From positions 124,001 to 188,000 of the forward strand of contig JAXLNO010004500.1 of NCBI GenBank assembly GCA_038087875.1: a stretch of DNA of 64,000 bases, given 5' to 3'. Shown here one piece after another: positions 47,161-59,527 of the stretch. The position numbers and the translations under genes are program-made. The DNA is from Malacoraja senta (lineage: Eukaryota). The notes under the pieces are model-generated. The model did no database searches. It saw only the letters and a program-made list of their open reading frames with translations, and was not told the origin of the DNA. How positions within the stretch are numbered: the first letter of the stretch is position 1; every line of letters begins with the position of its first letter.

Positions 47161-50100
47161 CCTAACCTCGGGGTTTGCCACCGGCAGTTGTTGTCCCCTT
47201 CTAGTAGGCACATTGTAACCTCCACGTATCCTCGGTGCAGCACGTCAACGTGTATACGAGAATAATCGGCTTGTTCCTTCTCCAGCACCACATTTCGCCT
47301 GTAGGGATACTGCCTTCTCACCGCTCTGCTCAGCATAGGTGATCCTTTAGTTTCTGTGTTAGATTTTCTCCAAAACAGATTTAGGCATTTATATATTGGA
47401 TGGTTTGCAGAGCCTGCATACTTAGGATGAATATTTGGTCTTATTGCATTTTTATGAATACAATTTATTTCAAAGTGCGCACTACACATGAGTGCTAAGG
47501 CATTTTGTTGTGAATACGATATATAACCTTCATCCAAACCACTGACCCCAGAAATTTCAGCACTTGTGTAATTTCAATTCTTGTGAGCGTAAACCACTGC
47601 TCAAATTACCCATATCAAGTTATTCACTGCTGTAACTGCTACAATTTCCCGGGTCTCATATTTTTTGAATCTCATCCATGGTTAATTCCTGGGGCTGATG
47701 GGAGAGTAGATAATTTATAGTCATAGCTATTTCCTCTCTCAAAGGTTCCCCTGTTACTCTGGGAACAGCAAAGTTTTGTGCCAGCCTTGGAACATTTGTG
47801 GCTCTGATAATGGTCTCTGGTCCTCATTTAAATCATCATCTTAATCTAGATATTCATTTTTATGTTGGGTAATTTCTGGCTCCCCTGTTTCAGGTAAGTC
47901 TCTGCCAGATTCCCCCTGCGCGGGCTCTCTTGTAGGCGCACGGACAGGCAGCCCTGCTTCAGGTGCTGCTGGTGCTGGCTCAATTCTAGGCCAACGCTTC
48001 ATTATTTTTACTCTTTATATTTGTCGGTGCTGGCACATTTATCATTGCACGTTTGTGCTGCCTTTTGTTCAGGCATTTCTGGTACTGGCTCTTCAATAGG
48101 CCAACACATAACTTGCTTTTTTTCTGGCATTTTTGGGCACTGGCTCTCCTGTAGGCCAACCTCTTTAATGTTTCTGCACAGGCACTGATGGCTCTCCTGT
48201 AGGCCACCCTTGTGCCTGTTCCAAGGCACCTCCTGTGCTATACTTCATTGGCCAACACCGTCTTAAATCCTCCTGTGGGGGTTCTTTACAAATGATCTGC
48301 CCCATAAGGAGTTATAAAGTTTTTGACCCTTGCAGTTTAATACTCTTTCCTGCCTCAGGAGGGCATACCTCCGGGTCTGACTCATCCGAGTCTACAGATC
48401 GGGCCGATTTTTGCCTTGCGCCCCGCCGCCGGCGGTTTAACGCACATTCGACCACAACGGGAGTTAATGGCTTCGCTGCCACTGACTCCGCTGACTGACG
48501 CCCGCTACCCTTAGGATCTGGGGTTTTACTACGGTGCGTCCCTGGCCACCTCTCCTTCCCATTTCTCCATAATAAACTTGTGCGGAGCTCCACCAACAAG
48601 TCTAAACGGGAAGGAAACGCTCCTGTAAGTGAAAAGTAACTCCACTTACCTTCCGACTTTTGTTTTACTCACCGGCTCGATGAGCTCCTGCTCCTCAACA
48701 CACGGTCATGAACGCTATGCGTCTGATCGATAATGACGCGTGTGCGGCTGGACGGGGCTTCTTCACGTAGTCACTCATGTGACTCCGAAGTAAAATTAGC
48801 TGGGGAGGGGATGATGGGCAGATGGAGCAAAGTTGGTGTATGGGTGGTTGTGGGAGAACAAATGAACACCAGTGGTATGGATAAGCTGAAATGTGAAAAC
48901 TTTATATTCATATAAAGTTACACAGGTGGATTATCAGATATTTTACTTAAAACTTTCTGTGCCCAAGGTTAACGACAGATGGGTCAGTGTGTGAGTGGGA
49001 AGGGGTATTAAAATACCATACAACAGATCTCAGGATGATCTTTACTTCAAAGGGATGTGCTCTACAAAATGGTTGACATCTAAGCTAGTTTCTCCACAGT
49101 GTGAGCAATGATTGCAGTATAGAAAGTTGAAAGAGATGCCAGTGAACCTCTGTCTCATTTGAACAGTTTATTCTCCTGTTGTTCACCTCTTCCTCCTCTC
49201 CTACCTGTTTCCATCTACCCATTATCCTCTCCCCACCTGGTTCTCTGTTTGATCTACCAGCCTCTGTCCTATTCCTCCCTGATTGCTATATATTGGCAAT
49301 GCATCCTCTTCCCTAACAGGCCTGGTGCAGGTTCTTGACCCTATTTGTGACATCAACCATTTGTCCCAATAATTAGCTTGAGCCATTGAATGCTTTCAGT
49401 CTTCTGTTTTTAGTTGCAGATTCCATTAGCTACAGTCATTATTGGATAGAATATATTTTGTTTTAACACTGCATTTAGTCTGAGACACAGCACCAATAAA
49501 TGTTGTTACATAACGCTTGGTTATTTGATGTCAAAAGTCTTGATTGTTTGTACTTTGTACATTTCTAATCTAATGCAAAGAATTTATCATCCATATGAAT
49601 ATAAAACTGTCCACAGTGATTGGTGGCACAGTGATCAAGTTCATTTTATGTGGCTCATTTGGTACAAGTTCTGCTCTTGAGATTTCACCTAATAATAGTT
49701 GCCTGTAGAATGTGCTTGATGAATAGACCATTGAGTATAAGATTTTTGGAAATAGATTGGCATGAAATCCAAGTAAACACATTGGATTGCACCCTGTTTT
49801 AGAGTGGCTTCATGTTGCGAAGTAAAGGCAAGATATATGGAATATGCAAGATATAACATGAACGATATAATATGCAAGGCGCAAAATTAAATTGTTGTTA
49901 AGAAAATGTAAGGCCTCCATTTATTTGCAACAGCATCAATCACAGTTATCTTACGTCAAAGTTGATTTTGTATTTTTTAAAGAATGAATGGGAACAAAAT
50001 GATCAAAAATGAATTGGCAGTCAAAGTAATACAAGGTTGTAGTGGAGACAAGTGTGTAGGAACAGGCCACTCTGCCTATCCTGCCAATACTGCTGCATAT

Positions 50101-51029
50101 AGTCCACATGACCCTCTTCCCACCTTATGCAATCTGCAACATGGTTGGCAAGTCTATGCTGGATTCTCCAATGTAGAACCGACTGCTCTTTTCTCTTTTG
50201 TGTTTGCCCAGCCTTCCCCTAAATGCAATTCGTTGATCTGGATCCTCATTCTCACCAGTATTGGGTGGGAGGGGAGGAGAGGGAGCATTCTCTGTCGAAT
50301 TCCCTGCTGGATTTTATGGTGGAAATGTTTTCACCATAGTGATTCATTTAAAAGCTTTATGTAGTTTAATATCTCCCTTCAGCCACTTCTCAAAGGGATG
50401 GAGGGCAGGGGGTGGACGACTTACCCAGGGACATTTGATGACCGTGTTTTGTTTATTTTATCCACACATTTTTTAATATAGATTAATATAGTATTTTTTT
50501 TGTATCTTGGGTAAGCACATTGAAATAGCAATGGATGGCGTGTTCAGACAATTATTTCTGATTTGTCCTCGCTTTGTGAACACCAAACCAATGTATGCAT
50601 CTGCAAAAAGGCATTGGCACCAGGGTCTCGGTTCCTTTTAAGCATCCCAGTTATCATGTTCTTCGATGCAGAGGAAATGTGGCCACGATAAATACAAAAA
50701 TGTTGAAATGCAGAATGTAAAAGTAATAGGAATTCAGGCATTTGAGCCTCAACTATTATTCCATGTGATCAATTGTGACCTAAAATTTATAGCTTGATCC
50801 TTTCATTTCTCTGATCCTTTGACCATACAAATAACATATAACTCCTTGTATAAATTCAATGTTCTGTGTTCAACTGCTTCCAGTGGTATAACATTCCACA
50901 CGTTCATCATTCTGTGGGAGAAGTAATCGCTCTTCATCTCAACTTGAAGCCTGATCATCAGATTGTGACCACTGGGTCCTGAACTGACCGGATTTCCCTC
51001 TTGAATATATGTATGCGTACATATATACA

Positions 51030-51061
51030 CATATATATGTGTGTGTGTGTGTACCTGTGAG

Positions 51062-51105
<44 letters not shown>
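51030..51105. repeat. (AC/GT)n and (TA)n microsatellite
   Basis: Direct dinucleotide runs. Confidence 0.95.
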
Positions 51106-51110
<5 letters not shown>

Positions 51111-53244
51111 TGATTTTGTTTTTCTCTTTCTCGTTTTTCATATTGTTTACCATGTACTATGTTTACATATTCCATTGTGCTGCAGTGAGTAAGAATTTAA
51201 TTGTACTATCTGGGACATACGACAATAAAACACTCTTGACTCTCTTGAATCTGTACAGACCCATAAGAATGTTGTAGTTGATTTTGAATGGTCCTAATCA
51301 CAATGTAAAACTAATCGCCCAAATCGCCCTTCATACATTAGTCCTCCCATACCTGAAATCTGATGAACCTTCACAGCACTCCCTCCATAACAAGAACATT
51401 CTTCCTAAGATCAGGAGACTAAAACTGCAGATGCCATGGTCTTGGCAAGCACATTTCTCAGAATAACATGATGTATCTTTAGAAAGGGATAAGGAGGAAT
51501 CTCTAGAGTCAGATGGTGGTGAATCACATATTAAGTTCTTGGAGCTCTGGAAAATTATCAATCTTTGATGGGAAGAATGGATAGGGAGGCTGATCACTTT
51601 GCTGGAGGGTTTGAGAGCGGACAAGGAATTATATGCAACGTGCGTTTGGAATTTCAAGTGTATGGCACGTAGATGTTGTGTAATTGGCTCCATTATGCCC
51701 TTAGTGCATTGGAAAAGGTAAACGGGGTTTTCACCTAAGATTACATTTTCTGCTAACTGCACTTTATCGTAAGCAAGTAGGCTGGCTTTGGGAAACAATT
51801 AGATGATTGAGGGCTCACTTAGAATAACTGGGAAATTATGGAGCAGCCTACAAGGATATTTATTGTAGCTAAAGGATAAGTTAAACCTTTCTTTTCTCCG
51901 AGACATGCAAGAATAGCTCGGTGCTTGATTTAATGCAGAATCTTTGAAGGACAGTGGCTGGGCCCGCAAGATCTCCACACCAGCCATCATAAATAGGAGT
52001 CTCCAATGGGCAGAAGACTGTGAGACTTGATGGTATTTGCCATAGCTTCTATCATTTAACACATTGCGCTGAAAGCCATGAGATTCATTGCTTGTTTAAT
52101 GCTTTATCTTGTAATTTGACATAATAAAGATAGTCATTTGTACCCTTGAAATTTTCTTTCTCCGTTTATTGATCCAAATCATATTTATGTTTAATCACAA
52201 AGAGAGAATTGGATAAACTACTTGTGAGCAAAAACACGCAAAACTACAGTTTAAGGGCTGGGGTTGAACAAGTGATTTTCTCCAGTAGAGAGGTGGCATT
52301 GGCCTGATAAGATAAATGGTCCCCATCAGCACAGTAAACATTTAAATGATCCATTGATTTGTATTCATCATCGTATATCAAATAAACTTAGGGATACGGA
52401 AGGAGAAATATTTTGGCCTGTTTATATGGTGCAAAATAACCCACCCCAGAACAATAAATAGTTGTGAATTTACACTTAATATTATCTGTCACTGAAGCAG
52501 AGTGCAGAGGTTCTCAAATTCATTTAAGAAATAGTATTAAGGCGACTGTATAGAAAATGATGGGTATTGCTTGGCAGCAAGATGGGAGTAGTATTGTAGA
52601 GTAGTGATGAGGTGTTTTGATGGCAGTGATCATAATTTAGCATGATTAAAGTAGCAATGTACACTAGGAATGCAGGTTCGCAACTGAGGTGAAAACATTT
52701 CCAAGACTGCAACATAATTTAACAGAAATGTAATACCAAATGTAATAAAATAGGGCAATTAAATGGTAACAGTTAACAGATCTCTGGGGATACTAGAAAC
52801 TGCAGATATTGGATCGTTGAGCAAAACTGTTGGAGGAACACAGTGGGTCAGGCAACATCTGTGGGATGGAATGAACCAACGACATTTCAGGCTGGAACTC
52901 TTGTTCAGACTGGTGACTTCAAAACGTTGTCAGTCGATTCCCGCCACAGATGCTGCCTGACACACTGAATTCTTCATGCACTTTGTTTTTAACACACCAG
53001 CTGGAAAGAGTCCAGAGAAGATTTACAAGGAGACTTGATAGTGGCATTTGAAGTCTTTAGAAAGGCATAGATATGCAGGGAAAGGATGGATATGGAACAT
53101 GTGTTGGTGGAGGAGATTAGTTCAACTTGGCATCACGTTTGGAACAGAAGGTGTGGCCCCAAGGGCCTGTTCCTATGCTGAACTGTTCTGCAAGTCACTG
53201 AGTCTATGTTCAGGGAGGGTGAGGTTGAGAAGGCTCTGATTTCA

Positions 53245-53910
53245 ATAGAAAATAGGTGCAGGAGTAGGCCATTCGATCCTTCGAGCCAGCACCGCCATTC
53301 AATGTGATCATGGCTGATCATCCACAATCAGTACCCCGTTCCTGCCTTCTCCCCATATCCCCTGACTCTGCTATTTTTAAGAGGCCTATCTAGCTCTCTC
53401 TTGAAAGCATCCACTGCTCTCTGAGGCAGAGAATTTCACAGACTCACCACTCTCTGGGAGAAAAAGTGTTTCCTCGTCTCCGTTCTAAATGGCTTACTCC
53501 TTATTCTTAAACTGTGGTCCCTGGTTCTGGAAATGTGGCCCCTGGTTCTGGATTTCATTCCTTAGAGTGCAGGAGGATGGGGTGATCTGAAAGAGGTTTA
53601 CAAAATTATGTGAGCAATCAATCAGGTAAATGCGCTTGAGTTTTTTGCCCACAATAGGGGACTCGAGAACCAGAGGATATAGATTTACGGTGAGATGTGG
53701 GTGAGTGTGGAGATTTAATAGGAACCTGGGGATAACATTTTTACACAAAGAGTGGTGGGTATATGGAACGAGCTGCCAGAGGAGGAGGTTGAGACAGGTA
53801 CTATCATAACAATAAATATACAATTGGACAGGTACATGCATAGGATAGGTTTAGAGGGTTATGAGCCAAGCGTGGGGAGTTGGGACTAATGTAGATGGGG
53901 CATGCTGTGC
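53245..53910. mobile_element. Two CR1 3' fragments (about 53245-53520 -, 53570-53910 +)
   Basis: Similarity to the CR1 3' UTRs elsewhere in the window. Confidence 0.75.
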
Positions 53911-55058
53911 CGAAAAGACCGTTTCGACGCAGTCTTACTAGGGGCAATTTACAGGGGGCAATTAACCGATAAACCTGCACTAGTTTGGAATGTGGGTGGA
54001 GACCAGCGCCCGGAGAAAACCCACGTACGACGTTCACACAGACAGCGTCCGTAGTCGGGATCAAACCCGGGTCTCTGACGTTGCGAGGCATCCGTTCGAC
54101 TGCTGCGAATTTTGTTTGTATTTTCTGATTTAAATCAAAGATGTTGGTATAGATATGAGTTCCATGTTTAGGAAATGTGTGAATGTCAGCAAAGTTGTTT
54201 GCAGGTGTAGTATTAGGCAAGATGTAAACTGCCTTGACATTCAATAACATTACCAAGCTAACTCCTCCGCCATCAATCTCTGTTCAAATAATAATTTAAT
54301 CACCGTCTTTTTGACCAGACAGTAGGACTCGCGTGAACTTGGAAGCTGCAGGGGAAATGACTAATTTGGACTGGTGTTACTTTTGGCCACTGAATGGAAG
54401 ATTATAATCATTTTCCTCTGGACGGTGGAATCAACACCCTTTCGCTTTCCAAGCGGGCAATTAGTGCTGTTCTCCCTTTGAAATCTACCGTGTAAAAATA
54501 GCACCTGCAGATCAAGATCCAAATTCACCGCCATTCTGATTTGGAAATATGTCCTGATCCTCAGTATTGCAAAAGCCGAATCGCCCCATGCCGACAGAAT
54601 ATTGTACTGGCGCAAGGAGGTCTTCAGCAGTGGAAAAAAGGATGGCGCTTTACCACATAGATGAAATGTGCATGTACCTTTAACATTGTGACCTCACCAC
54701 TACTAACCACTCCCCACATCACTGGTATAATTACAACCTTCCCACCCAGTTCTCTCTCTCTCTGGTTCCAGTGACAGACCACGGACAGCTAGGGCAGCAA
54801 AGTATGTGTATTATGAATAAACAGTAGTAACGATACAGTGCATTATGACCCATCTTTACATTCACCACGTAGTCAAAGGCAAAAAGGAAATTTTAATACA
54901 ACCTTGCTACCTGCTTAAAATAAACACTGGGTGCTGCAATCGATAGATACAACGTGTTGGTTTATTATTGACACGGGTAACTAGATACAGTGAAAACCCC
55001 TTTGCGTGGTATTCAGCCAAATCATAATATGCATGAATACAATTAAGCCATACATAAG

Positions 55059-55616
55059 TGTGAGATGCAAAATCACAAACGCTTTTAGAGACAAAGTCGG
55101 CAAAGAAGCTTTTTATTTAAAACATATTCTGCAGAATAGGTGCCTCTCCTCTGATGTCCCCTAGAGGCACACCGAGGGTCGGAATGTCTTCTATCTTTAT
55201 ACATTTCATGGGTATCATTGTCACACCCTCATCCATCCCCATTGAGCTTCTTCCAATCATAACATAAAGCCCACATTCCCACGAGAACGTCCTGGAACGT
55301 CCACCCAACGTCAAAGACACCTCCCATATCATGCATCGCATGTGCATTTAAATTAGGCATCTTGTCATAGTGGGTGTGTGTACATATTCATGTAAGTTCA
55401 TTAGGCATGCGCAGATATGTTTGACCTTATGTACTTTCTCCTTTGCTACTTACTTCTCAAATCTTCTGGTGAATTTGCTACTTTTTATCTAGAATTTCTC
55501 TCTGTTCTATATATCGCTATTTTCTATTTTACCAGCAGTCTGGCTTCTGCTGACACCCCAAGCCATTTTTCTATCCCTAGTCTAAATCAACTATGTCTGT
55601 TAACTCTTTCCTCACA
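55059..55616 (-). mobile_element. Endogenous retrovirus 3' LTR (558 bp)
   Basis: Inverted termini TGTGAG...CTCACA, immediately preceded on the minus strand by a polypurine tract (AAAAAAGAAAAGGGTGGAT), with AATAAA at 55117-55112. Confidence 0.85.
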
Positions 55617-55652
55617 ATCCACCCTTTTCTTTTTTGCTACGCAACCTTTGAT

Positions 55653-56045
55653 TTATACTATATCCTCCTTTTCTAATGCTAGCAGCAGATTCTTCGCCTC
55701 CCTATCCCCCGCTCGTTGGTTATACTGTGTTCTGAAGGCCATCATGGTGGCAGTGCTGTTCTTTGTCAGGGCTGTTTCTATCAATCGCTGAGACAATCCC
55801 CGTAAGCAGGGAATGATACAACATCCGAACAAACACAGTAAACCCACCATGACTACCACTGATGTTAGAGCTGAGGTAAAGATGTGCTTCCATTTCCCAA
55901 ACCAGGATTCTAGAAACCCAGTCCAGGAGTTGTCTACTCCAGAGTTCTCAGCCAATTCGATAGACAGAGAGGTGAGACCTGCTAGGGCTCTTGACACTGA
56001 CCCATCCGGAGCAGTGTTGTTGGGGATGAATCGCCCGTTCACACA
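55653..56045 (-). pseudogene. ERV envelope TM-subunit C-terminal remnant
   Basis: FIPNNTAPDGSVSRALAGL..L..ELAENSGVD...W.ESWFGKWK, a hydrophobic TM and GCCIIPC.R.L, resembling fish class I (epsilon-like) ERV env. The upstream part is missing. Confidence 0.8.
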
Positions 56046-56075
56046 CGCGCGGGTGGAGGGCGTGCGTGTGTGTGG

Positions 56076-56599
56076 GCACACAATACTCCAGGTGTGGTCC
56101 CACCAGGGCCCTGTACAACTGCAGAAGGACCTCTTTGCTCCAATACTCAACTCCTCTTGTTATAAAGGCCAACAGGCCAAAACTGCACACAATACTCCAG
56201 GTGTGGTCTCACCGGGGCTCTGTACAACTGCAGAAGGACCTCTTTGCTCCTATAGTCAACTCCTCTTGTTATAAAGGCCAACAGGCCAAAACTGCACACA
56301 ATACTCCAGGTGTGGTCTCACCGGGGCCCTGTACAACTGCAGAAGGACCTCTTTGCTCCTATACTCAACTCCTCTTGTTATAAAGGCCAACAGGCCAAAA
56401 CTGCACACAATACTCCAGGTGTGGTCTCACCAGGGCCCTGTACAACTGCTGAAGGACCTCTTTGTTCCTATGCTCAACTCCTCTTGTTATAAAGGCCAAC
56501 AGGCCAAAACTGCACACAATATTCCAGGTGTGGTCTCACCAGGGCCCTGTACAACTGCAGAAGGACCTCTTTGCTCCTGTACTCAACTCCTCTTGTTAT
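56076..56599. repeat. 109-bp tandem array derived from an internal CR1 fragment (about 5 copies, one more at about 57948-58050)
   Basis: The unit landmark AACTGCACAC lies at 56181, 56290, 56399 and 56508. The unit matches the reverse complement of CR1 at about 40100-40210. Confidence 0.9.
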
Positions 56600-57947
56600 T
56601 CAGATTCAGATTCAGATTATTTAATGACCACACAGTCAAGCTGGTGGAATTCATGTTCAGTACAGGATGTTACACAATAGGCTGATTCCTGTCAAACATA
56701 ACATAAAACACAAGAACAAACAGTATACAGTACATGCACGAGGTAGCTATGTGATGTTGTCATAGAGTGTTCAGATTTCGAATTGCATATGGGTAGAAAC
56801 TGTTTTTAAGTCGTGATGTTTTGGCGAGCAGTGAGCTGTAGCGCCTTCATGACGGCAGCAGGTGGAAGATGTGGTGAGCTGTGTGGGAGGCATCAGAAAT
56901 GATTTTATTCACCCTTGACACAGACCGTTTGAGATTGAGTGATTCTATTGATGGGAGGGAAGTGCTGATGATTTTGGATGCTTTGTTGAAAATGCGCTGT
57001 AGTTTATTACGGGAGTGAGTGTCTAAACTGCTGTACCAAACTGTTATTGATGAAGTGAGCATGCTTTGGATGATGGCTGTGTAAAATCGGATTAGGAGAT
57101 GTTTCCTCACTCTGAACTTCTTGAGCTGACGGAGAAAGAAAAGTCTTTGGTTGGCTTTTTTATCAATGTGATCTGAATTGATTTTCCATTTGAGGTTATT
57201 GCTTATGTGAGTGCCAAGAAATTTGAATGAGTCAGTGGTGGATATGGGTTTGCCAGAGATGAGTAGGGGGGTCTTGGGTTGTGCCTTCCGTCTGAGATCA
57301 ATGATAAGTTCATGTGTTTTTTATGTGTTGAGTAGGAGGTTATTATCTGCTTTGTTTGTTTGAGTGCGGTATTCTGTTTCGTTGTTATTAGAGATGAGAC
57401 CTATAATGGTTGTGTCATCTGCGTATTTATATATTTTGACTGAAATATACTGGGATGTGAGTTGATTTGTGGAGAGTGAGAATAACCAGGGTGACAAGAC
57501 GCAGCCCTGAGGGGCTCCTGTACTGAGGTGCAGAGGGTGAGATATGGTGTTATGTATCTTCACCCTCTGTTGTCTGTTCCAAAGGAAGCTATAGATCCAA
57601 TGACAGACGCAGGGGTCAATGTTCATGTCCGTTAATTTATGGAAAAGTTTAACCGGGTTGATGGAGTTGAATGCCGAACTGAAGTCCATGAACAGGATGC
57701 GGGCGTAAATGTTGGCGGTTTCCAGGTGTTGCAGAGTGTGATGGATGGCCAGGTTGACTGTGTCTTCTACTGACCTGTTTGCTCTATATGCGAATTGATG
57801 TGGGTCCATGTTGGATGAAGTGCTGGTTTTGAGGTGAGCGAGAATAATGCGCTCAAATGACTTCATGCCCACAGATGTAAGGGCAATCGGTCTGTAGTCA
57901 TTGAGGCAGGATGTTGTGTTAGACTTGGGCACAGGAATGATGGTGGA
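56600..57947 (-). mobile_element. Rex1/Babar LINE, 5'-truncated
   Basis: NDYRPIALTS..MK.FER, QFAYR.NRS.ED, DFSSAFN, GAPQGCVLSP and YADDT motifs, with an (AATCTG)n tail at about 56600-56620. Confidence 0.9.
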
Positions 57948-58144
57948 TTATGAAGGCGAACAGGCCAAAACTGCACACAATACTCCAGGTGTGGTCTCAC
58001 CAGGACCCTGTACAACTGCAGAAGGACCTCATTGCTCCAATACTCAACTCTTTCTCTGTTTTCTTTAGTGGCCTTTCCAAATAAAATGAAAACATATTTT
58101 ACACTTTGTGGACAACTCGATGTTTGAATTATGTTCTTCAACCA

Positions 58145-58465
58145 GTTTAGTCCAGTTTAGTTTAGAGATACAGTACGGAAACAGGCCTTCGGCCCCACCG
58201 CGTCCGTGCCGACCAGCGATCCCCGCACACTGACAATATCCTACACACACACAGGGGGACAATTTACAATCTTTACCAGAAACCAATTAACATACAAACC
58301 CGCACATCTTTGGAGTGTGATAGAAAAACAGAGCGCCCGGAGAAATCCCACGCAGGTCATGGGGAGAGAACGTGCAAACACCGCACAGACAGCACCCGTG
58401 GTCGGGATGGAACCGGGGTCTCTGGCGCCGTGAGGCGGGCAACTCTACCGCTGGGTCACCGTGAC
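58145..58465 (-). mobile_element. HE1/V-SINE-like SINE
   Basis: Head, core and (CTAAA)n tail. Confidence 0.85.
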
Positions 58466-58492
58466 GACCAGAGAGGGAGGGAGAGGTGGATA

Positions 58493-58631
58493 CTTCTCTC
58501 TCCCTCTCTCTCTCTCCCTGGCTTCTCTCGATCTCCCTCATCCCCTCTCTCTCTCTACCCTCTCCCTCTCTCCCTCCCTCTCTCTCTCTCCCTGCTTCTC
58601 TATCTCTCTCTCTCTCCTCGCCTCTCACTCT

Positions 58632-58671
<40 letters not shown>

Positions 58672-59272
58672 GAGGGAAGGAGGGAGAGAGGAAAGGAGTC
58701 TGACATTAATCAAAACTCTCCAAAATTCTTAACCCCCTCTCTCTCTATTATCTCCCCTTCTCCCCTCTATTTATACACCTCATTTTATCTCTCTCCTCTC
58801 TTTCCTCCTCTCTCCCTCTCTCCCTCTCACTCTCTCCATCCTTCTCTCCNNNNNNNNNNNNNNNNNNNNNNNNNNNNNNNNNNNNNNNNNNNNNNNNNNN
58901 NNNNNNNNNNNNNNNNNNNNNNNNNNNNNNNNNNNNNNNNNNNNNNNNNNNNNNNNNNNNNNNNNNNNNNNNNNNNNNNNNNNNNNNNNNNNNNNNNNNN
59001 NNNNNNNNNNNNNNNNNNNNNNNTCCCTCCCCCCTTTCTCTCTCTCTCCCTCCATCTCTCTCCCTCCCCCTTTCCCTCTCTCCATCCCTTCATCCCCCCT
59101 CCTTTGTCTCTCCATCCCTTCATCCCCCCTCCTTTGTTCTCTCCATCCCTTCATCCCCCCTCCTTTGTTCTCTCCATCCCTTCATCCCCCCTCCTTTGTT
59201 CTCATCCCATCCCCTTCATCCCCCCCCCCTTTGTTCTCTCCATCCCTTCACCCCCCCCTCCTTTGTTCTCTC
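58493..59272. repeat. CT-rich low-complexity/microsatellite tract spanning an N gap (58850-59023)
   Basis: (CT)n runs and degenerate CTCTCCATCCCTTCATCCCCCCTCCTTTGTT units. Confidence 0.9.
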
Positions 59273-59299
59273 CATTCTACCGTCAATGCCCAAAAAAAA

Positions 59300-59495
59300 A
59301 CAACAAAACACACCGGAACCAAAACTGCGGCGTTTCGCCCTCCACCCGGACGCCTGAGACCCGCCGTCCCACTTTGCCAACGCCGGCGCGCCGATCTAAA
59401 GCGTCCCCCCTTTCCCCGGAAGCGCCTTTGTGGACGAGAGGTTCGCCACCCGACCGGAAGTGGTGCGGGAATCCAGCTGTGAAGAGCAGGTAAGG
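59300..59495 (+). promoter_or_regulatory. CpG-rich promoter/first-exon candidate with ETS motifs and a 5' splice site
   Basis: Unique CpG-dense segment with CCGGAAGC (59416-59423) and ACCGGAAGT (59453-59461), followed by CAG|GTAAGG (GT at 59490). Confidence 0.55.
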
Positions 59496-59527
59496 ATAAA
59501 AGCGCTGTCATGCAGCGGGTGGCAGCA

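Larger units (their letters stand above)
43831..48797 (-). mobile_element. DIRS1-like tyrosine-recombinase retrotransposon
   Basis: Order on the minus strand is gag-like remnant, RT, RNase H, MT-like domain and YR. The 5' terminus (48761-48796) is complementary to an internal block at 44036-44071 (34/36 nt), as expected for an ICR. Confidence 0.92.

Noticed and set aside
51331-51798. 155-aa minus-strand ORF
   Set aside because: No recognisable domain, its 3' part overlaps a degraded Penelope-like repeat, and no supporting exon structure was found.
56066-56685. Regularly spaced repeats that could suggest a CRISPR array
   Set aside because: The units are full tandem copies with no unique spacers, they derive from CR1, and the context is eukaryotic with no cas genes.
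58287-59493. Leu/Ser/Pro-rich and Arg/Glu-rich ORFs
   Set aside because: They are translations of (CT)n low-complexity DNA and span an N gap.
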